A stretch of DNA of 64,000 nt from an uncultured Gemmatimonadaceae bacterium (GTDB lineage: Bacteria; Gemmatimonadota; Gemmatimonadetes; Gemmatimonadales; Gemmatimonadaceae): assembly GCA_963829055.1 (NCBI GenBank), contig CAWHHI010000011.1, positions 224,001 to 288,000 on the forward strand, written 5' to 3'. How positions within the stretch are numbered: the first letter of the stretch is position 1; each line of letters starts with the position of its first letter. A program made the translations under genes and the position numbers. The notes beneath the pieces were generated by a model, which made no database searches, was not told the origin of the DNA, and was given only the letters and a program-made list of their open reading frames with translations. Positions 9,375 through 19,872 of the stretch are shown here, one piece after another.

Positions 9375-11944
9375 ATGCTGTACCTTCGGACGCTCGGAGG
9401 CCTTTCGCTCGACGGCGGCGGTTCAGCGACACTCGTCGCCGGACAGAAAGCGCGACTCGCCTTGCTCGCCGTTCTCGCACTCGGAGGCCAGTCAGGAGTC
9501 AATCGCGAGAAGCTGCTCGCCCTGTTCTGGCCGGATAGCGACGTTGACCATGCGCGCGGCGCGCTGAAGCAGGCACTGTACGCCCTGCGCCGTCATCTCG
9601 GCGACAATGTCATCGTCGGAAACGGCGAGCTTCGTCTGAATCCCGGTGTGATTGGGACGGACGTCGGCGATTTCGCGGGCGCTCTTGCCGCGGGCGACCT
9701 GGAGGCAGTTGTCGCTCGCTACACCGGGCCCTTCCTCGACGGCGTTTTCCTCCGAAGCTCGGCGGAGTTCGAGCAGTGGGCTGACCGCGAGCGTGTGCGC
9801 ATCGCTCACACGTTCTGCGAGACGCTGCAGCGATTGGCCTGCGCGGCCGACGAACGCGATGACTACTCGAACGCCCTCGCCTGGTGGAGACGAGCCGCAT
9901 CGGAAAATCCGCTGGATAATCGGATTGCCGTTTCCCTCGTCCGGAGTCTGGCGCAGGGCGGCGATACTGCGGGTGCGCTGCGTCAGGCGGCTATCTATCG
10001 CGCAATCGCTAGCCGGGAAGTCGGCGACCACGCCGACCCGACGATGGACGCCGCGGTCGCGGCGGTTCAGTCCGGCTCGTTGTGCTCCATTGCCGATACC
10101 AGGTCCAATGTCGTCAGCTCACGGACGTCGACAATATCGCGCGAGACGGATGGTGAATCATCGCCCGAAGCCGCCGATAACAGTGCTGTCCCAACCCGCG
10201 CCTTGCTCGAACCGCCGGTGCACGTCACCTCGTCGCGGCCCTTTGTGCGACGATGGTTCCTGCTCGGCGTCGCGCTGAGTGGCCTCGTTGGGATCGTTGG
10301 ACTTGGCGCATGGCAGGAGCGCCGCGCCCTATCCGTGGAGGACACGGTTTCGGTGGTAGCGGCATGCGAGCCGCCCGTCAGCGCGTCGGCGCGCCAGTCA
10401 TCAACGGCGCCGCAGGGAGAACTGGGCGAGCTGGTTCGCGATCGCGTCGTGAGCGGGCTCACCGATCTCCACAGCGTGAAGGTCGTTAGGCAGGCCCGCA
10501 CGCGGTTTCTCGTCGTCGCGAGATGCCGAAACCTCGCCGATTCGATGGTCTTCTCAGCCGACATCATCGATCGGAACGCGGATCGGATTCTCACCACGAT
10601 CGGTCCGGCGTCCGCCCCGGTGGGGCAGCCCGGCGGCGGAGTCGAATTGCTGCGCGATCGCGTGATGACCGCTATCGCGCTGCGAGTGGACCCGAAGCTC
10701 AAGGCATGGGTGTACGCGTCGAACGCACCGTCGAATTACGAGAGCTATCGTGAGCTCCGCCTCGGCATCGACGCGTTCGTGGCGATGCAGCTCGCCGAGG
10801 CCACGTTGCATTTCGGCAAGGCGGCCGCGCTCGACCGTGCGTCTCCAACACCGCTCGTGTGGGCGGCGTTCGCGCGAGCCTACTATTGGGATACGGCTGC
10901 CGACTCCATTCTCGCGGAATTGGATGCGTCACATCGACGCATGGGCCCGTGGGACGATGCGATGGTCGCGCTCGTGAAGGCGTTCATGCGCGGGGACTTG
11001 CCGTTAGCCCATCGCGCCGCACATGCCGTGGCCGCCGCGGCTCCGAACTCGGAGTGGCGCGTGCTCGTGGCCTCGACCGCGATGAGTGAAAACCGCGCCA
11101 GGGAAGCCCAGCGAGTTCTCCGTGCTGTGGACCCTGCCGCTGGGTGGATAAACGGGTGGGAGTTCTACTGGGTGACGTTGGACCAGTCGCATCATTTGCT
11201 TGGCGATTTCCGTGACGAGCTTGGGGATGACCGACGGGCGTTGAAACACTGGCCTAACAATGGCCTTCTGATCGGCCTCGAGTTCAAGGCATTGCCAGCG
11301 TTAGGGTGGATCGACGAGCTCGAGCGCCGGTGGGATGAAGTCAGTTCGGTGCGCGAACGGAATCCGGCCTTCGGGTGGCTCGTCACAGGCAGCCGACGAA
11401 TTACGTGCGCACGTGGGTATCGTTGCGGCGCGACCGTTCTATGATCGGTTGATCACAGGGGAGCGCCAGAGCCTCAAGGAAGACCCAGCGAGCGAACAAG
11501 CAGAGACGAGAATCCATTGTGTGGTATCTCGCGGCGTCAGGTCGGGTGGACGCCGCACGAGTTGCGCTCGATTCGCTGCTGCCCGTGGGTCGAGTCCCGT
11601 CGTGGGGGCTGGTGGTCCTCGATGGGACGATATCGGCAATGCAAGGAGATCGAGACCGGGCTCACAAGGCGTTAGCGCAACTCGAACAAGCTTCGGTCCC
11701 CGAGGAAAAGAGAATCGGTCCGACGATCGGCCAATCTCTCGGACATCATTTCGAGGGGGACCGGATCACAATTCATGCTCTGCTCGGCGAAAAAGCGGAG
11801 GCGGTAGAACTCCTCCAGGAAACCACGCGCGCCGGCAACGCGTATCGCCACGTGCTACACGCCGTCCTAGGCCTGGACCTTCTGAAGGGCTATCCTCCGT
11901 TCGATGCACTCGTTAGGCCTGTCGACACGCCGGAGAGTCCGTAG
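9375..11944 (+). CDS. SARP-like wHTH-BTAD membrane-anchored regulator with C-terminal TPR region; frameshifts near 11390 and 11520
   Basis: LRTLGGLSL, REKLLALFWPDSD..ARGALKQALYALRR, Y.GPFLDG, FEQW; one TM (WFLLGVALSGLVGIVGLGAW); C-terminus LKGYPPFDALVRP. Confidence 0.85.
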
Positions 11945-12152
11945 CGCTCCGAGTGAGCTGCGAGCCGCCTCGTCGGGAAACGTACCAGGCGATCCGCCGA
12001 CACGCCGTCTTTGAAGTGGCGCGTACCGCGCGTGCGCGCGGAAGGCGCGTGCGTCGTCGCTCCCCCAGGGTGTACCGTTAGGCGACAGGACCCTCGGAAG
12101 TGCGGGGGGGCGAGTTGATCAGTCTCGCCGTCGCAGTGCGCGGGTTTCGCTG

Positions 12153-12258
12153 GAGCAGCGGCACCTGCCGGCAGTCGATGTCATGAAGGCTGGCGGCTGG
12201 GCAGATCGGAAGACCATGGAAGCGTGCTAGCAACACGCTGACGACGCTGGCGTACTAG
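12153..12258 (+). pseudogene. Tyrosine recombinase C-terminal relic
   Basis: Manual translation EQRHLPAVDVMKAGGWADRKTMEAC*QHADDAGVL; Cre-like GGW box with a stop (12228-12230) at the expected catalytic Tyr; abuts the IS630 end. Confidence 0.55.
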
Positions 12259-13313
12259 TGGACTGAGAGGGAATTTCTGATGGCACGCACGCGACGCTTC
12301 GGATTGTCGTAGATCCAGTGGAAGGGCTGCGCCGTCTTGTTATGCAGCGTGATGTACTGGCGCAGTTTCTTCCGCAGGTCGGACACGGAGGTGAAGATGC
12401 CGCGCGCGATGAGGTCCCGTTCGATCTTCGCGAACCAGAGCTCGACTTGATTCAGCCACGAGCTATAGGTCGGCGTGAAATGGAAGTGCACGTGCGGGTG
12501 GGCGGCCTGCCATGCCGTGACAGCCTTCGTCTTGTGCGCCGACAGATTGTCGAGGATGACATGCAATTCCTGCCGACGCCGATAGCCCGCCACTACCCGG
12601 TCCATGAACTGGAGGAAGTCGGCACTCGTGTGGCGCGCCGCCGGCATCCCGGCCACGCGGCCGGTCGCCACCTCGAGCGCCGCGTAGAGCGAGAGCGTCC
12701 CGTGCCGGTAGTACTCGAACCCATGCCGCTCGGCCCGGCCGGGCGAGAGCGGCAGCACCGGATCGAGCCGATCGAGCGCCTGGATCGCGGTCTTCTCGTC
12801 GATACAGAGCACGATCGCGTGCGCGGGTGGGTCGAGATACAACCCGATGATGTCCGCCGCCTTGGTCTCGAACTCGGGGTCCGTCGTCGCGACGTACCGC
12901 TCGAGGCGCTGCGGCTTCAGCCCCGCGCGGCGCCAGACCTGCTAGACGGTCCAGTTACTGACGCCGACGAGCGCCGCGAGGCGCCGGGAGGTCCAGTGGG
13001 TCAGTGGGGCCGGCGGCCGCTCCTCCCGCGTTATGCGCAGGATGCGCGCTTCGACGGCGGGCCGCAGTCGGTTCTGCCGTCCGGGGCGCGGCTCGTCCGC
13101 GAGCGCGAGCACGCCGCCCGCGGCGAAGCGGCCCTTCCAGCGCGCCACGAAGCGATCGGTCACGCCGAGCGCGGTGCAGACCGCACTGTAGCTCGCGCCG
13201 TCGGCGAGCAAGAGCACACACCGAGCGCGACGGGCGATGCCGGCGGGCGTCGTCGTGGCGCGTACGAGCCGCTCGAGATCCTCGCGATCCGCTGCAGTGA
13301 GCGTGAGCTCCAT
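12255..13313 (-). pseudogene. IS630 transposase with in-frame amber stop at 12942-12944
   Basis: HTH part (12942..13313) and DDE part (CIDEK, ILDNLSAHK, TPTYSSWLNQVE) share one frame, separated only by TAG. Confidence 0.88.
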
Positions 13314-13381
13314 AGGCGTCGCAACATGCCGACGCCCACTGCAAGACGGATGCTATCTGCACTTTGCTCTCAATCCACTAG
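12255..13381 (-). mobile_element. IS630 family insertion sequence
   Basis: Inverted ends ACTAGTGGACTGAGAG (12254-12269) versus reverse complement of 13367-13382, 15/16 match; CTAG at both ends, consistent with TA duplication. Confidence 0.92.
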
Positions 13382-13979
13382 TCGCGTGGTGGTCGCACGC
13401 TTCTCAGGCGCTGGCCGGGGGCGCGGAAGTCCGGCAGGCTGACGGATTTTCCGAGACAGCCGTCGTCACGCGCCGCTGTTATCACCGCTCGAGGTGCCTG
13501 GGCCGCCGCCAAGGGCGCGGAACACATCCGAACCGGTAGAAGAACTACAACCAACACCGACTGCCTAACGCTTGGCTTCCTTCTGGCGACATCGATCAGT
13601 CGCAGGGCCCGCACGCGGCGAGCGGCACGGACCTTCGCCGTACGCCATCGCGACGCGTCATCACGCTCGACGACTCGGGCAACCTGCTCTGGCGACAGTT
13701 GCGGAAGCTCGAGCGCATGACGGCGTTAGGTTTGTCAGTCGTAGCCGATAGGTTCGAGTGCATCAACGCGTCGGGGACGCACCCAAGGCGTTCTCGGCCA
13801 CGCAGATTGGGCGCACATCCTCACGAAAAAAATGCGATCGACCTCGTGCGGATAAAGTGCGACACGTCGCTCTCCAACGTACCGATCATCACGCCGTGAC
13901 GGCCGCACGGCGAGTCAGTCCTTCCTCGGCGAGGCATAGCGATCGATCCGCAACGCCGACTCACCAAAGGAGTTCCTAC

Positions 13980-16649
13980 ATGATATCCCTTCCCGGTTTC
14001 AAAAAACCACAGGCTCCCAACGGCCATGGGCAGCAGTCGAATGGTTCTGCGAAACCGGGTTCGGAGGGGAACGGGGCTCCGCGGTATGCTACTGCGGCGC
14101 TAGAAGCGATGGTCGAGCGCGCCGAGCGCGCCGCCAAGGCGCTCGAGTCGTTCGAAGCCTTGGTCGACCGGGGCGAGCAGGTCGCGGCCATGGAACGGCG
14201 GATAGGAGAGCTCGAGGGCAAGCTCAGCGAAGCGGAGGCGGATTCGAACGAGCTCGCGGCCATCCGGGCTCGCTTCGCGGAGCAGTCGGCAGCACAGGAA
14301 CGAGCGGCCGCGGAGATCGCCGCCACGAAAGCGGAAGCCGGTCGAATTACCGAGTCCTTGGGTGACCTGGCGGGGAAGATCGACGGCATCCTCCACCTCA
14401 GGAGCCAGATCGACGGCCTCGCGGAGCTGAACGCGAAGTTCACCTCCATGTACGACGAGGCAAGCGGCGTTAGGGCCCAGGTTCGGGACGTGACCGAGAA
14501 CATCGCGCGTCTGCGCACCGTGCACGACGACGTGGCGCGCGCGCACAAACACGCCACCATTCGACTGGACGGGCTCGACCAGCGGCATCAGACAGCGACG
14601 AGCAAGATGGACGTGGTCGAGCGGCGGGCGGAGGCGGCCAACGAAGCTCTCGAGTCGCTCCTGCGCCTGGCGAGCGGAATCCCGAACGTCCAGCACCAAC
14701 TCGGTGTGCTGAAGGCCACAGCCGATCAGGTGTTCCAGAAAACGGCCGCGGTCGAAGCACAGCGCGAGATGCTGGACCGCGCACTCGCACAGGCATCGCA
14801 AGTCGGCACCCTGAACACGCAGCTTGCGACAGCGTTCCGCGGGATGGAGGATCAGACGCGCACGCTTTCCGCGGTCGAAGGCAAGCTGGCGGAGGTGCAG
14901 ACGCTGCACGCCACGGTGCTAGCGCGCAGCACCGAGATTGCCACACAGCAGCAGAAGCTCGACGAGGCGGAGCGCGATGCCAATCGCGAGCTCGCGAATC
15001 TGCGGGAGGAGATCCGCGCCAGCACCCAGCGCTTCGAGCTGGAAAACCGGAGCCTCGACGCCACTGGCGAGCGGATCGCGGAGCTGCGCGGCCTCGTGAA
15101 CGAGTGTGAGACCCGGGTCGCGACGGTCGACGCAACCGTTCAGGTGGTGGCCGAGACCGAAACCCGCTCCCAGGCGTTGGCCTTGCAGGTGACCCATCTC
15201 ACCGACGACATCAGCCGCATTTCCGCACAGGCCGAGCGACTGCGCGTGGTGCGCGACGACGTCGGAGCGCTCGACGACAGACTCCGCGAGCTCGCCGAGC
15301 GGACGGAGCGTGTCGAGAACATGCGCCCGGCGGTCGGCGAGGTCGCGCGCGAGCTGGCCACGCTGAACGGCGCGCAGGAGACCGTCCGCGACGGTCTGGA
15401 GCAGGTTCGGATGGCCGCAGTGGAAATGGCGCGGCTGCGCGAGACCCACTCGGAGACGAGTGCCTGGCTCAGCGACGCCGACGAGCGAATGCGAACGCTG
15501 CGCGGCCGTGTGGACGAGCTGGAGCGCGCCCGTCCGTCCGTCGACGCGCTGCACCGCGACGTGGAGCGCGTGAACGCATCGATCGCCACGATCGACACCC
15601 GCGCTTCGTCGCTGGACGACGTGCAAAACCGACTTGCCGGCATGGAGACGACGGTGGCAGGGCTCGATGAGCGCAGCACGAGCATCCGCTCGAGGATGGA
15701 CGCCGCGGAAGTGCGGTTCGTGGACCTCGCGCGGCAAGCCGGAGAGGCGGAGCGTGTGGCCATGACGATCGCAGGGGTGACCACCGCGGTCGACGGCGCC
15801 GAGCGCCGGATGGAGGGGCTCGGAACGTCGGTGGATTCCCTCGAGGAGCGCGCACACCGACTGGACGCATTCGGGGACCGGATGCGCGTGCTGGGGGACG
15901 AGATCGAGCAGCGTCAGGGCGCGCTCGAGAAGGCAGCGGAGCACCTCGCGAGGGCGTCGGACGAGCGCCGGGAAGCGGCCGACACGGCGCGCCAGCTGGA
16001 GGAGCTCACCACATACCTGGGGAGGCAGCTCGGTGAGGCGGAGTCACGATCGGATCGCCTCGCCGAGATCGCACACGAGCTCGAGCAGCGCGCCGCGGTC
16101 CTGAGCGACGTCGATCGGCGCATGACCCACCTGGAGGAACTACTCCGCCGGTGTGAGACGGCGCAGGCCACTGCCTCGCAGGCGCTGGAGCAGATCGTGG
16201 GGCGCCAGGCCACGGTGGACGCCGTGGAAGCGCAGGTCAAACGTGTATTCAGTATTGCCGAGCACACGGCGAAGGACGTGCGCGACATCGAATCGGCGCG
16301 CCGCGACGTCGAGAGCGCCCGCGTGCTGCTCGACGATTTGCAGGAGCGCCTGAAGAGCACCACCGATGCTATGAGCGACTTCGCGGAGCGAAAGCGACAG
16401 GTCGATCAGCTGGAGCAGCGGCTCGTCCGCGCCGAAGCGCTTACCCGGGACGTGCGGTCCACTGTAGAGCTGATCTCCGCGCAACGTTCGGTCATCGATC
16501 AGGTGTTGGAACGCTCGGGGTCACTGTCGGTGCAGGCGAGGCACGCCGAGGGGCTGATCGAGTCGTTGCGCGCGCAGTGCGTGATGGCGACAACGCTGCA
16601 CGATACCATTCGCGAGCAGCGACAGCAGGGCGAGCACGACGGGGAGTAA
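13980..16649 (+). CDS. 889-aa long coiled-coil protein of unknown function
   Basis: AGGAG RBS and ATG at 13980; uninterrupted frame; A/E/R/L-rich heptads after a short Gly/Asn/Pro-rich head; no TM, signal peptide or Walker motif seen. Confidence 0.85.
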   Translation: MISLPGFKKPQAPNGHGQQSNGSAKPGSEGNGAPRYATAALEAMVERAERAAKALESFEALVDRGEQVAAMERRIGELEGKLSEAEADSNELAAIRARFAEQSAAQERAAAEIAATKAEAGRITESLGDLAGKIDGILHLRSQIDGLAELNAKFTSMYDEASGVRAQVRDVTENIARLRTVHDDVARAHKHATIRLDGLDQRHQTATSKMDVVERRAEAANEALESLLRLASGIPNVQHQLGVLKATADQVFQKTAAVEAQREMLDRALAQASQVGTLNTQLATAFRGMEDQTRTLSAVEGKLAEVQTLHATVLARSTEIATQQQKLDEAERDANRELANLREEIRASTQRFELENRSLDATGERIAELRGLVNECETRVATVDATVQVVAETETRSQALALQVTHLTDDISRISAQAERLRVVRDDVGALDDRLRELAERTERVENMRPAVGEVARELATLNGAQETVRDGLEQVRMAAVEMARLRETHSETSAWLSDADERMRTLRGRVDELERARPSVDALHRDVERVNASIATIDTRASSLDDVQNRLAGMETTVAGLDERSTSIRSRMDAAEVRFVDLARQAGEAERVAMTIAGVTTAVDGAERRMEGLGTSVDSLEERAHRLDAFGDRMRVLGDEIEQRQGALEKAAEHLARASDERREAADTARQLEELTTYLGRQLGEAESRSDRLAEIAHELEQRAAVLSDVDRRMTHLEELLRRCETAQATASQALEQIVGRQATVDAVEAQVKRVFSIAEHTAKDVRDIESARRDVESARVLLDDLQERLKSTTDAMSDFAERKRQVDQLEQRLVRAEALTRDVRSTVELISAQRSVIDQVLERSGSLSVQARHAEGLIESLRAQCVMATTLHDTIREQRQQGEHDGE

Positions 16650-16680
16650 CTGGCCCGACGCGGGGAACGTGACTTGGAAA

Positions 16681-16713
16681 GAAAAGTCCCGCACGCGTAA
16701 ATGCATGCGGGAC
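16681..16713 (-). terminator. Intrinsic terminator after tRNA-Asn
   Basis: GTCCCGCA...TGCGGGAC stem followed by TTTTC on the minus strand; between convergent units. Confidence 0.7.
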
Positions 16714-16719
16714 AAGGAA

Positions 16720-16792
16720 CTGGGGCGGGTGGATTCGAACCACCGACCTCCTGATTAACAGTCAGGCGCTCTGCCAACTAAGCTACACCCCA
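16720..16792 (-). tRNA. tRNA-Asn (GTT), CCA not encoded
   Basis: Cloverleaf: acceptor TGGGGTG/CGCCCCA, D arm GCTTAGTTGGCAGAGC, anticodon loop CTGTTAA, T loop GGTTCGAATCC. Confidence 0.95.
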
Positions 16793-16884
16793 TCACCCGT
16801 CGCTGCGGGTTGCGCAATCTGACGAGGCTGTAGGCTCCGCGCAACGGTCTGCACCCGTTGAGCTCGCTCCTCTTTTCCGTTGGC

Positions 16885-17196
16885 CTACGGGCGCCGCTTT
16901 GTCGTGTCACGCGTCGCCGCACCCGTCCCAACCGGGCGCCCGCGCGTCGACAACGTGTCACCCGTGACGCCCGGCTTCCCGGTCCGCGGCGGACCGCCCG
17001 CCGTACTATCGGGCATGTCCTTCGTCAGCGACGTATCCAGTTTCATCGCCGGCGCCACGGCGCCGGAATCCGGCGAGTTCGAGTACTCCTCTTTCCCGCC
17101 CTTCGCGTTACACGCCGACACGGCCATCGCAGCGGTCACCACTGCAGCCAACACCCATCGCGATCGCAATCGCGCCTTCTCACGCTCCGTCCGCAT
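16885..17196 (-). CDS. Small low-complexity lipoprotein
   Basis: GGAGGAG RBS, basic N-terminus, hydrophobic stretch, VSAC lipobox. Confidence 0.65.
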   Translation of the reverse strand: MRTEREKARLRSRWVLAAVVTAAMAVSACNAKGGKEEYSNSPDSGAVAPAMKLDTSLTKDMPDSTAGGPPRTGKPGVTGDTLSTRGRPVGTGAATRDTTKRRP

Positions 17197-17999
17197 GCGA
17201 CTCCTCCTGACCTCGTGACTTCCCTTCCCCACTCGGGTCTCCCGCACGTCCTCGTCCCTCCGCTGTCGTCGCGCGTGACGCGCGAACCCCTCGGCCAATC
17301 GCCGACTCGTCGTACCGCGCCAGCAACTCGGCCGGATCGTCGTAGATCTCCGCGGCGTCCTTGAGCGCATCGTCACCCCAGCCGCCGCCGCGCAGCGCGA
17401 CGATCCTCACGCGCGCGCGACCCGCCGCCTCCACGTCGTACGGCGTGTCGCCCAGCATCACGCATCGCTCGTTACCCACGCCCGCCTTGTCGATCGCGAC
17501 GCGCACGATGTCAGGGTCGGGTTTCGAGCTCTCCGCGTCGCTCGAGCTCGTCGCTTCATCGAGCAGCCACTCCGCGCCTAACGCTTCGAGCAGGCCTTTC
17601 AACTCATCCTCGCTCGCCGACGTCGCCACCACCAGGCGGAGACCATCCGCGCGCATGCGCGCGAGGAGATCGTTCGCGTGAGGGAATGGCCGCACCGATG
17701 GCAGATACTCCTTGGAGAAGATCTCCTTCCGCCGCTCCACCAACTGCTTGCCCTGTCTCGCTGTCCGCCTCAATGCCCGTGAGTTGCGGTAGCAGCTTGT
17801 CCGCACCCATGCCGACGAGCGGGCGCACGGTCTCCGACCCTATCTGAAGGCCCGCTTCCTCGAGCGTGTCGGACCACGCCTGCGCGTGCGCATCATTGCT
17901 GTCGAGCAGCGTGCCGTCGATGTCGAGCAGCACGGCTTCGACCGCGCCTGACGCGGCGCGGTCGGCGGCGTTAGGCGTGTCCGCGGGGCGGCCGGTCAA
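17180..17999 (-). CDS. HAD family hydrolase, frameshift near 17755
   Basis: [27 protein letters not shown] across two frames. Confidence 0.88.
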
Positions 18000-18570
18000 T
18001 GCTCTCTCCGCTTCGCGCGACGCTCGAGGACGACCTCGCCGGCGACGATCATGTAGCGGATGATCCGCTCCTTCACTTCCGGGAAGTGCGCGATACGATC
18101 CTTGAACCGATCATTCGACAGCACGGAGGCATCGAGCTCGCGCGCGAACGTCAGGATGAAGTAGTCGGCATCGGTGCCCGCGGGCGCCTGCTTGATCTCG
18201 CCCATCCTTCACGAGCGCCTCGTACGCGCCAGGGTCGTCGATCTGATGGCGCAGCGCCGCGTCCGCGACGAGAATCGGCGTTAGGCCCTGCTCGGTGAGT
18301 CGGTCTCGCACGAGACGGACGTTCGCCAGGCAGGCCGAGCTCTTCTCGGTGGAATGCGCCACATTCGACGCGTCGACGATCACGCGCTCCGAATGCGGAC
18401 GCGGTTCCGAACTCGGCTGGTGGTCTCCGCTCGGGACATCCCTTCGCCGACCGCGACGTGGCCCTGCCTGTGGCCGAGCCGGCCGCGGGGAACGCGGCGG
18501 GCGACCAGGCTGCGCATGACGCGACTCGCCTCGTCGGTGACCGTGGCCCGTCCCATCCTGCCGCTCACTG
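17996..18570 (-). CDS. NYN/PIN-fold ribonuclease (Zc3h12a-like), frameshift near 18205, start uncertain
   Basis: [39 protein letters not shown] acidic motifs. Confidence 0.72.
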
Positions 18571-18815
18571 AATGCGTACGAGTTACCTCGATCCCTTCGC
18601 CGCACGATCGTCGCTCCGCCGTGAGGTATGACCCGAGGGGCGGGCAGCCGAAGCCCGACCGTTTCGCTCGTCCTCTGCAATTCACGCTTCGTGCCGTCAT
18701 GCGCGCGACGCGGGCTGCCTCACGCTCATCGAACGCGAGCGTGAGGGACCGTCGTGCCTGGCCCCTCACGCTTGCCAACTCACCTACTGTGCCGCGACTG
18801 TCGCTTCGCGACGTA

Positions 18816-19667
18816 TCAGTTGGGCTTGCGGCCAGTGTCGGACGCAGTGCGTGACTTCGACGTGCTGTCGCCGGTACCGGTCGAGCCACTCGTCAGCGAC
18901 TGCTGGAGCTTCTGCGCGCGCTCCAGATGGTCCTGCACGTGCTTCGTGGCATCGGCCAGATGCTGGCTCACGGCAGAGTTCTGCCCCTGCGATGCCGCAC
19001 CCTGCAGCAGCGTCAGCACCTGCTGGTGCCCCATCACCTGGGCATTCACGAACGCGCTGTCGAACGCCGCACCCTGCATGCCGCTGAGCCGCTCCGACGT
19101 CTGCTGATGCATCGTCTGCAACTGCATCGCGACGTTGCTCATCGAACCACCCGAGGTACCCTGCGAACCGGGGTTGACACCGGTCTTACTGGCTGAGTCA
19201 CTCGTGCCAGCCTTGCTCGTGCCCGACGCGCCAGACATGCCTCCAGTCGCGTTCATCAGTTGCACGTTGGCTGTCTTCGCGAGCTGACGATCCTTCTGCA
19301 ACGAAGCGGTGTGCTCTGTCACGAGTGTACGCGCGAGTGCTTTCACTTGTGCGTTCCGTGCCATCCGCTGCGCCATCTGCCCGTCCGCGATCTCCCCCTG
19401 ATCCACCGTGGCGAGTACCTGGATAATCTCCGGATCGCCGCCCGTGATCGACATCGAGCTGGTCCCGCCAGCCGAGCCCGGGGTCGTCGCCGCTGCGCCC
19501 GCCGTCGCGCCGGCCGTCGTGTCACGCGCGACGTCGCCGCTCGCGGTCGCCGTTGTGGCGCTGTCGGCATTGTTCGCGTCGCCGCCGTTTCGACCGCACG
19601 CACCCGTCGCTACGAGCGACGCACACATGGCCACCGCTGAGAATGTCTGCCATCGATTTCCCACCAT
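18816..19667 (-). CDS. DUF4142 domain lipoprotein
   Basis: GGGAGG RBS, TGAC lipobox; GEI..G..A, VKALA..LV.EH, FDSAFVNAQV.GH, HLERAQ.L. Confidence 0.85.
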   Translation of the reverse strand: MVGNRWQTFSAVAMCASLVATGACGRNGGDANNADSATTATASGDVARDTTAGATAGAAATTPGSAGGTSSMSITGGDPEIIQVLATVDQGEIADGQMAQRMARNAQVKALARTLVTEHTASLQKDRQLAKTANVQLMNATGGMSGASGTSKAGTSDSASKTGVNPGSQGTSGGSMSNVAMQLQTMHQQTSERLSGMQGAAFDSAFVNAQVMGHQQVLTLLQGAASQGQNSAVSQHLADATKHVQDHLERAQKLQQSLTSGSTGTGDSTSKSRTASDTGRKPN

Positions 19668-19794
19668 ACTGCCTCCCGCTCCAGAAGTCGCTTGCACATT
19701 GCTGATCCTGCTGCACTCTGCTCGACACCTGCGCGAGCACCAGTGAGGCCGCGCGTCGCGCAAGGACCGTGCTGCCAGAAGACAGAAAAATCGA

Positions 19795-19820
19795 AGGGCC
19801 GGTCTCGAAAGACCGGCCCT
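19795..19820 (-). terminator. Intrinsic terminator hairpin
   Basis: AGGGCCGGTCT-cgaa-AGACCGGCCCT, followed by a T-rich tract on the minus strand. Confidence 0.65.
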
Positions 19821-19872
19821 AACGATGACTGCCATCCCACGCGTTTTTACATGGGACTCAACGTTCCTGCGT

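Noticed and set aside
13563..13731. Integron attC site (GCCTAAC...GTTAGGT), and attC as the explanation of the GTTAGGC motif
   Set aside because: The word matches the GTTRRRY core, but the inner boxes are not correctly spaced, no intI is seen, and most copies are unpaired and inside housekeeping CDS.
13758..16649. SMC or chemoreceptor call, and the 13758 start
   Set aside because: No Walker motifs, hinge, TM or conserved MCP hairpin seen; RBS and ATG support 13980.
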